From an uncultured Verrucomicrobiae bacterium (GTDB lineage Bacteria > Verrucomicrobiota > Verrucomicrobiia > Limisphaerales > Palsa-1400): a stretch of DNA of 64,000 nt. The notes under the pieces were generated by a model. It was given only the letters and a program-made list of their open reading frames with translations, did no database searches and was not told the origin of the DNA. Where the stretch lies: contig CAVXRD010000002.1 in the NCBI GenBank assembly GCA_963764165.1, positions 1,632,001 through 1,696,000 on the forward strand, written 5' to 3'. Below, piece by piece: positions 58,174 to 64,000 of the stretch; positions within the stretch are counted from its first letter, which is position 1; each line of letters starts with the position of its first letter. A program made the translations under genes and the position numbers.

Positions 58174-58239
58174 AATACTACGTGTAAGTATTATTTTTGT
58201 TGCATGTCGGGCGAAGGTGTAGAATACTGCGAGTATTCT
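58174..58239. promoter_or_regulatory. Two AATACT..AGTATT palindromes, candidate MarR operators, in the divergent promoter region
   Basis: AATACT-N7-AGTATT (58174-58192) and AGAATACT-GCG-AGTATTCT (58221-58239). The second overlaps a TAGAAT -10-like hexamer. Confidence 0.6.
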
Positions 58240-58387
58240 TGGAAGCCAAAAAACGCAGTGAGTCCGCGCGTTGGTGTAATTTGAACGCAGAAGAGCTGGA
58301 AAGATTTTGTCGTCTTTGACTCTTTGCGGCTTTCCATGAGATCAGGATCGTTGTTGCTGAGGCAGATTGTTTTTTTGTTTAGCCAAT

Positions 58388-60715
58388 ATGAGACTGAAAA
58401 TTCCGGTTGTGTTGGGCCTGTTCGGTTGTTTTCTGGGCCATTTGACTCTCAATGCCGCGCCCACCGGCTGGTTTAGCTGGCGCGGCCCAAACCAAAACGG
58501 CACCTCCGCCGAAACCAATCTCCCCTCCACCATCGACGGCGCTCATCCGCTTTGGACGGCGGATTTCCCGGGGCAATCGACCGCCGTTGCTTGCAACGGG
58601 CGCATTTATATCATGGGCTATCTGGGAACCGGGCCGGATTTGTCCGAGGGCGTGGCCTGCTTCGACGCCAATACCGGCAAGGAACTCTGGCACAAGGTTT
58701 ACCTCGATTTCCTCAGCGACACCGTTTACACGCGCTATTCCACTTCCAGCCCAACGCTCGATCCCGAAACTGGGAATGTTTATATCCAGGACACTCAGGG
58801 CATTTTCGCGGGCTTCACATCGGACGGGAAAACCCTGTGGGAACATTCGCTGATGGAGGAGTATGGCCGGCTGACGTTCCCGAACGGGCGCACGGCTTCG
58901 CCGGTGGTCGACAAGGATTTGGTCATCACGCGCGGCATCACGGCCAATTGGGGCGCGCAAGGTCCGGCTGCGGATCGCTTCTATGCATTTGACAAAATGA
59001 CCGGCCAGGCGGTCTGGTCTTCCACACCCGGCGGGCGGCCCAAGGACAATTCCTATTCCCACCCCGTGCTCGGGTGGCTGGATGGCAAGCGCGTGTTTTA
59101 TTCCGCCACGGGAGACGGCTCGGTGATTTGCGCCAATGCCCGCACCGGCCAGCCGATTTTCCAAATTCCACTCTTCAAAGCAGGAATCAACGCCTCGGTC
59201 CTTTTGCACAAGGACGACGAGATCGTCGCCATTTACGGAACGCCCTACGAACCCGGCCAGATGGTCGGCCTGAAAATTCCGCACGTCACCCCGACAAATT
59301 CCACCGATCCGGTCATAGTGCCGCGCTCGCAAGTGGAGCTGTGGAACAACGAGCTTCGCACCTCCGCCAGCTCGCCGATTCTGGTGGGCGACCGCGTTTA
59401 CGTGACAAGCGAAGTCGGTTATCTGGTCGCGGTGGATGCGCTGACGGGAAGGCTCGTTTGGAAACTGAAGCTGGGAATCGAGCAGCGCAATTCCTGCCCG
59501 CTGTTTGCGGATGGCAAAATTTATGCGCCGATTCTCAACGACCCGGAATTTTCCGCCGCGGTCGGCGAGGAAAACGCCTCCGGCGGCCACGGCGCCCTTT
59601 ACGTGATTTCTCCGGGCGACAACGAGGGGCAGGTTCTTTCGCACACGGTTCTTGATGGCCGCTGTTTTGGAACTCCCACCGCTTACAACGGCCGCATCTA
59701 CATGCAGACAACCAAGAAGCTTTATTGCTTCGGCAGCCCAGCGCCGAGCTCGCCGGATTTCAAAACCGCCGATGCCGCCCCGGACGACAAATGGCCCGAA
59801 CCCGGTCCGGCTAAGTCCCTGCTCATCGAGCCCAACGAACTGCTCTTGCAGCCGGGCGAGAAAGTTTCCTTCCGCGTGCGCGAATTGGATGCGAACGGCT
59901 TGACTGTCAAGGAAGTGAGCGACCCGAAATCCGTCAAATGGGAGTCTTTCATTCCTCCGACCGCCAAGGTCAAGGCCAAGATGAACGCCGAATTCAACGC
60001 CGACGGCGAAATGGTCGCCGCGCCGATCAAAGCCCCGTCTGCCGGCGCATTTGAAGCGCAGCTCGATGGGTTGAAGGGCTTCATTCGCGGCCGCGTCCTG
60101 CCAGGACTTCCGCTCAAGCAAGATTTCGAAGCCATTCAGTTGACAGAAATGACATCGAACAATGTCGAGCCTCCCACGCCATTTGCCTATCCGCCGCTGC
60201 CGTGGATTGGGGCGAGGTTCAAGTTCGACGTCCGCAGCAAGGACGGCAACAAAGCCCTCGTCAAGACGATTGATAATCCGTTCTTCCAGCGCGCCACCGT
60301 CTTCATGGGGACGCCGGATTTGAAGAATTACACCATCGAGGCGGACGTGATGAGCGAAGGCAACAAGCGCAAAATGTCCATCGTCGGCCTGATCAACCAG
60401 CGTTACCGCGTGGTGCTCAAAGGCAACGACCAAGTATTGGAAACGACCTCCAACGAGGAGCTTCTCCACAACGACGTGCCGTTCCATTGGTCGGCCAATG
60501 TCTGGTATCACATGAAATTGCGGGTGGATTTGGCGGCGGACGGCTCAGGCGTAATACGCTGCAAAGTGTGGCCCAAAGCTGAGACGGAGCCGGCCCCTTG
60601 GACGAGCGAAGTGCCGATTGCGCACGCGAACACGAGCGGCTGCCCGGGGCTGTTCGGCTTTTCGCCGCAGAACATGCGCGTCTATATTGACAACATCGCG
60701 GTGACGGCGAACTAA
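58388..60715 (+). CDS. Exported PQQ-like beta-propeller protein with C-terminal Ig-like and lectin/beta-sandwich domains
   Basis: Signal peptide, WFSWRGP, xxTG..W blades and a C-terminal NYTIEADV..WYHMKLRV..GLFG segment. Confidence 0.8.
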   Translation: MRLKIPVVLGLFGCFLGHLTLNAAPTGWFSWRGPNQNGTSAETNLPSTIDGAHPLWTADFPGQSTAVACNGRIYIMGYLGTGPDLSEGVACFDANTGKELWHKVYLDFLSDTVYTRYSTSSPTLDPETGNVYIQDTQGIFAGFTSDGKTLWEHSLMEEYGRLTFPNGRTASPVVDKDLVITRGITANWGAQGPAADRFYAFDKMTGQAVWSSTPGGRPKDNSYSHPVLGWLDGKRVFYSATGDGSVICANARTGQPIFQIPLFKAGINASVLLHKDDEIVAIYGTPYEPGQMVGLKIPHVTPTNSTDPVIVPRSQVELWNNELRTSASSPILVGDRVYVTSEVGYLVAVDALTGRLVWKLKLGIEQRNSCPLFADGKIYAPILNDPEFSAAVGEENASGGHGALYVISPGDNEGQVLSHTVLDGRCFGTPTAYNGRIYMQTTKKLYCFGSPAPSSPDFKTADAAPDDKWPEPGPAKSLLIEPNELLLQPGEKVSFRVRELDANGLTVKEVSDPKSVKWESFIPPTAKVKAKMNAEFNADGEMVAAPIKAPSAGAFEAQLDGLKGFIRGRVLPGLPLKQDFEAIQLTEMTSNNVEPPTPFAYPPLPWIGARFKFDVRSKDGNKALVKTIDNPFFQRATVFMGTPDLKNYTIEADVMSEGNKRKMSIVGLINQRYRVVLKGNDQVLETTSNEELLHNDVPFHWSANVWYHMKLRVDLAADGSGVIRCKVWPKAETEPAPWTSEVPIAHANTSGCPGLFGFSPQNMRVYIDNIAVTAN

Positions 60716-60748
60716 TTTGCGAACATCCGCGCCTGCTCCAATCAATCT

Positions 60749-62434
60749 ATGAAATCGAATAACAAATATTTTTCCAGCGTGCTGGTGGCGGCACTGGCGG
60801 CGGGCGGCATGTCGACGAGCGCTTCGGATTGGCCGCGCTGGGGCGGCCCCGACCCGGGGCGCGACATGATTTCGCCTGAGCTTGGATTGCCTGACCGCAT
60901 CACCACCAACACCAACGGCCACATCGACATGAAGCCAGGCACCGACGATATCGATCTCAAAAGCGCGCCAAATATCAAATGGGCGGCCAAGGTCGGATCG
61001 CAAAGTTACGGGAACGTCGTGGTCGCGGGCGGAAAGGTTTTTATTGGCACAAACAACGAAAACCCGCGCGATCCGCAGCACCAGGGCGACCGCAGCATCC
61101 TGATGTGCTTCGACGAAAAGACGGGCGCGTTTCTCTGGCAGTTGGTGGTGCCGAAGCTCGCCTCCGGCAAGGTGAACGATTGGGAAAATCTCGGACTGCT
61201 TTCTTCGCCGTGCGTGGAAGGCAATCGCGTTTACCTCGTGACCAGCCGGTGCGAAGTCATGTGTTTGACAACGGATGGCATGGCCGGCGGCAACAATGTC
61301 GGCCCGTTCACGGACGAGGCGCATTACGTGGCGGGACCCGGCAATCCGCCCGCGAAAATCGGGCCGCATGACGCCGATATCGTTTGGAAATATGACATGA
61401 TGGATGAGCTGGGAGTGTTTCCGCACAACGCCTCGAATTGCTCTCTGCTGATCGTCGGCGATTTGATTTACGCCTGCACTTCCAATGGCCAGGATTGGAC
61501 GCACGTCAGCATTCCTTCGCCCAATTCCCCGAGTTTCATCGCGATCAACAAAAACACCGGCAAGCTCGCGGGTGAGGACAACGCCGGGATTGGCCCGCGC
61601 ATTTTCCACGGCGAATGGAGTTCGCCCTCGATGGGTGTCGTCAATGGCAAGACGCTGATTTTCTTCGGCGGCGGCGACGGAGTTTGCTACGCCTTCGACG
61701 CCGAGCCAAAAAAAGGCGACGGCTCGCCCATCGTCCCGGTCGTGCCCGGCCCGCCGATCAATCGCACCGAAGACGCGGACACGATGTATTTGAAAAAGTA
61801 CTGGTGGTTCGATTGCAACCCGCCGGAACGCCGCGTCAACGATGCCGTTCATAAATATCCCGCGCCGGACGGCCCGAGCGAAGTAAACGCAACTCCGGTT
61901 TTCTGGCACAACAAAGTTTACATTGCGGTCGGCCAGGACCCTGAACACGGCGAAGGCGTTGGCATGCTGAATTGCATTGATGCAACCAAGACCGGTGACG
62001 TCACGAAGTCGGGCAAGATTTGGAGCTTCGACAAAATTCATCGCAGCCTCTCGACCGTTTCCATCACGCCGGATGGTTTGCTGTTTGTCGGTGATTTCTC
62101 CGGCTTCCTCCATTGCCTCGACGCGAACACGGGCGAGGAATACTGGGTGCAGGATTTGAAGGCGCACATCTGGGGCTCGACGATGGTGGCGGACGGAAAA
62201 GTTTACATCGGCGACGAGGACGGCGACCTGTTCGTTTTCGCGGCCAGCAAGCAAAAGAAATTGCTGAGCACGACCAATCTCGGCGGGCCGATTTATTCGA
62301 CCCCCATTGTGGCCAACGGAGTTTTATACGTCCATTCCAACACGCACCTTTTTGCGTTCTACGACGCCGAGCATCAAAAGATGGCGAGCGATGAAAAACC
62401 AAAACTGAATCTGGACAACAAAAACGAAAAATGA
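60749..62434 (+). CDS. Exported PQQ-like beta-propeller protein
   Basis: Signal peptide, DWPRWGG and repeated propeller blades ending STPIVANGVLYV. Confidence 0.82.
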   Translation: MKSNNKYFSSVLVAALAAGGMSTSASDWPRWGGPDPGRDMISPELGLPDRITTNTNGHIDMKPGTDDIDLKSAPNIKWAAKVGSQSYGNVVVAGGKVFIGTNNENPRDPQHQGDRSILMCFDEKTGAFLWQLVVPKLASGKVNDWENLGLLSSPCVEGNRVYLVTSRCEVMCLTTDGMAGGNNVGPFTDEAHYVAGPGNPPAKIGPHDADIVWKYDMMDELGVFPHNASNCSLLIVGDLIYACTSNGQDWTHVSIPSPNSPSFIAINKNTGKLAGEDNAGIGPRIFHGEWSSPSMGVVNGKTLIFFGGGDGVCYAFDAEPKKGDGSPIVPVVPGPPINRTEDADTMYLKKYWWFDCNPPERRVNDAVHKYPAPDGPSEVNATPVFWHNKVYIAVGQDPEHGEGVGMLNCIDATKTGDVTKSGKIWSFDKIHRSLSTVSITPDGLLFVGDFSGFLHCLDANTGEEYWVQDLKAHIWGSTMVADGKVYIGDEDGDLFVFAASKQKKLLSTTNLGGPIYSTPIVANGVLYVHSNTHLFAFYDAEHQKMASDEKPKLNLDNKNEK

Positions 62435-62724
62435 GCGACGCGGCCCGGCCAAATTCGGAATCTGGAAAATCCGCCGGTGCAAGACCGCGCAAACGGATGT
62501 CGCCGCAGATGGCCGTGGCGTTGTTTGTGTTGATTGCGGCCGTCTATGCCGCGCATCAGGATTTTTGGAATTGGAAAAAGCCTGAGCCTATGGTGTTCGG
62601 ATTCCTGCCCATCGGATTGGCTTACCACGCGGGTTATTCAATTGTCTGCTCCGTTCTGATGTTTATTCTGGTGCAAACGGCGTGGCCGCGCCATCTGGAG
62701 GAAACGGAGCCGTCCTCCAAATGA
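62431..62724 (+). CDS. DUF3311-like small membrane partner of a symporter
   Basis: HQDFWNW..VFGFLPIGLAYH..AWP; two TM helices; ATGA overlaps at both ends. Confidence 0.8.
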   Translation: MSDAARPNSESGKSAGARPRKRMSPQMAVALFVLIAAVYAAHQDFWNWKKPEPMVFGFLPIGLAYHAGYSIVCSVLMFILVQTAWPRHLEETEPSSK

Positions 62725-64000
62725 TTCCCGTTATTGTCATACTGGTCTATCTGGCGGTGATCGCGATCATTGGCGGCGCCGCCTTCAAGAAGAGCAAGGA
62801 AAACACCGAAGACTTCTTCCTCGCCAGCCGTTCGATTGGCTCGTTGGTTTTCTTCCTCTCGCTCTTCGCGACGAACATGACGGCCTTCGCCATTCTCGGG
62901 AGTTCCGGGCAGGCGTATCGGCAGGGGATTGGCATTTACGGGTTGATGGCGTCCTCGTCGTGCTTCGTGATTCCCATGACGATATTTTTCATCGGCACTC
63001 GCTTGTGGGCGCTCGGAAAAAAATTCGGGCATCAGACGCAAGTCTCCTATTTTCGCGACCGTTGGGAATGCAATCACATCGGCACCGTGATTTTTGCGCT
63101 GAGCGCGGCGATGCTCGTGCCTTACATGATCATCAGCATCATGGGCGGCGGCACCGTGCTGGCTGAAATATCCCGCGATTCGGTCACTCATGCGCCGATC
63201 ATTCCCTATAATTGGGGCTGCGCCGTGGTCGCCGTCGTGGTGACGCTGAACGTATTTCTTGGGGGCATGCGCGGGACCGTATGGGTGAATATTTTGCAGA
63301 CGTCGATGTTCCTCCTTTTCGGCGCGGTCGCGGTGGCGTGGATCAGCCATTCGATGCCCGAAAGTTTTAGTGCTTCGATGGCAAAACTCGCCGCTGATCC
63401 GAAAACAAAATTTCTGGTGACGCGCGATAGAATTCCGATGGAGACGTTCTGGAGTTACACGTTGATTCCGCTCTCCTCAATCATGTTTCCGCACATGGCT
63501 ATCATGTGTTTTTCGGCGCGCCGCGTAACCGCGTTCAAGCAGACAGTCGTTGCCTACCCGATTGCGATTCTTGCGATCTGGCTGCCGTGCGTGTTCCTGG
63601 GCGTTTTGGGAATGGCCGCCCTCGGAAAAATCCCGGACCCGGACGGCGTGCTGTTGCAGATGCTGCAAAAATTCGCTCCCGCCTGGCTCGCCGGCCTTCT
63701 CGGCGCGGGCGTCATTTCGGCGGTGATGGGATCGGATGCGCATCAAGTGCTGGCGCTGAGCACGATGTTCACCAAGGATATTTTTACGCATTACGGCGGC
63801 GGCGAAAAATTCGGCGAAAAGCGGGCAGTCCATTTTGCGCGCGGATTCATTATTATTGTCACCGTATTTGCCTATGCGGTCGCGCTGGCGCTGAAGGAGA
63901 AGCAGGGCATTTTTGAAGTTGCGATCCGCTACGCTTTCTCCGGTTTTGCGGCGATGGCCCCGGTGATGGTGGCGGCGTTGTTCTGGAAGCGCAGCACCAA
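62721..64000 (+). CDS. Sodium:solute symporter family protein (partial, runs off the window end)
   Basis: ATG 62721 gives MIPVIVILVYL..EDFFLASRSIG..SLFATNMTAFAILG..GGMRG; multi-TM and open to the window end. Absent from the ORF track because no stop codon is reached. Confidence 0.9.
   Translation, partial: MIPVIVILVYLAVIAIIGGAAFKKSKENTEDFFLASRSIGSLVFFLSLFATNMTAFAILGSSGQAYRQGIGIYGLMASSSCFVIPMTIFFIGTRLWALGKKFGHQTQVSYFRDRWECNHIGTVIFALSAAMLVPYMIISIMGGGTVLAEISRDSVTHAPIIPYNWGCAVVAVVVTLNVFLGGMRGTVWVNILQTSMFLLFGAVAVAWISHSMPESFSASMAKLAADPKTKFLVTRDRIPMETFWSYTLIPLSSIMFPHMAIMCFSARRVTAFKQTVVAYPIAILAIWLPCVFLGVLGMAALGKIPDPDGVLLQMLQKFAPAWLAGLLGAGVISAVMGSDAHQVLALSTMFTKDIFTHYGGGEKFGEKRAVHFARGFIIIVTVFAYAVALALKEKQGIFEVAIRYAFSGFAAMAPVMVAALFWKRST

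Noticed and set aside
4052..62254. Long antisense ORFs (e.g. 4052-5356, 20366-21994, 24120-26126, 31318-32346, 58379-60511, 60545-62254)
   Set aside because: They mirror well-supported genes on the opposite strand, as expected in high-GC DNA, and carry no recognisable motifs.

Overview
A GC-rich bacterial chromosomal window, probably from Verrucomicrobiota or another PVC-superphylum lineage. The lineage call is inferred from the kinase-linked ECF sigma factor, GuaB3-type IMPDH, GYF/DUF4190 proteins, PQQ-like propeller proteins and the repeat families. It holds about 55 CDS, mostly housekeeping (uvrA, an rpoD-like sigma, hisC, htrA, rlmN, deaD, tig, hpt, guaB). Accessory modules include an RES/Xre-type toxin-antitoxin pair, three tandem CNNM/HlyC proteins, a hydroxyproline-catabolic cluster (pepP-lhpA-lhpB-lhpC) beside a propeller-sensor two-component system and a GH51 arabinofuranosidase, and a MarR-linked operon of two propeller proteins plus a sodium:solute symporter. 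I found no rRNA, tRNA, CRISPR array, integrase or transposase. Intergenic DNA is dense with several REP/REPIN-like palindrome families. Main leads: (1) a perfect 26-bp REP inverted repeat sitting in frame inside an RluA-family pseudouridine synthase gene; (2) a possible hydroxyproline-rich glycoprotein utilisation locus; (3) an ExbD lacking the conserved membrane Asp; (4) a probably leaderless TA operon; (5) a promoter-associated orphan hairpin that may be an sRNA. All functional calls come from motif recognition by eye; no database searches were run.
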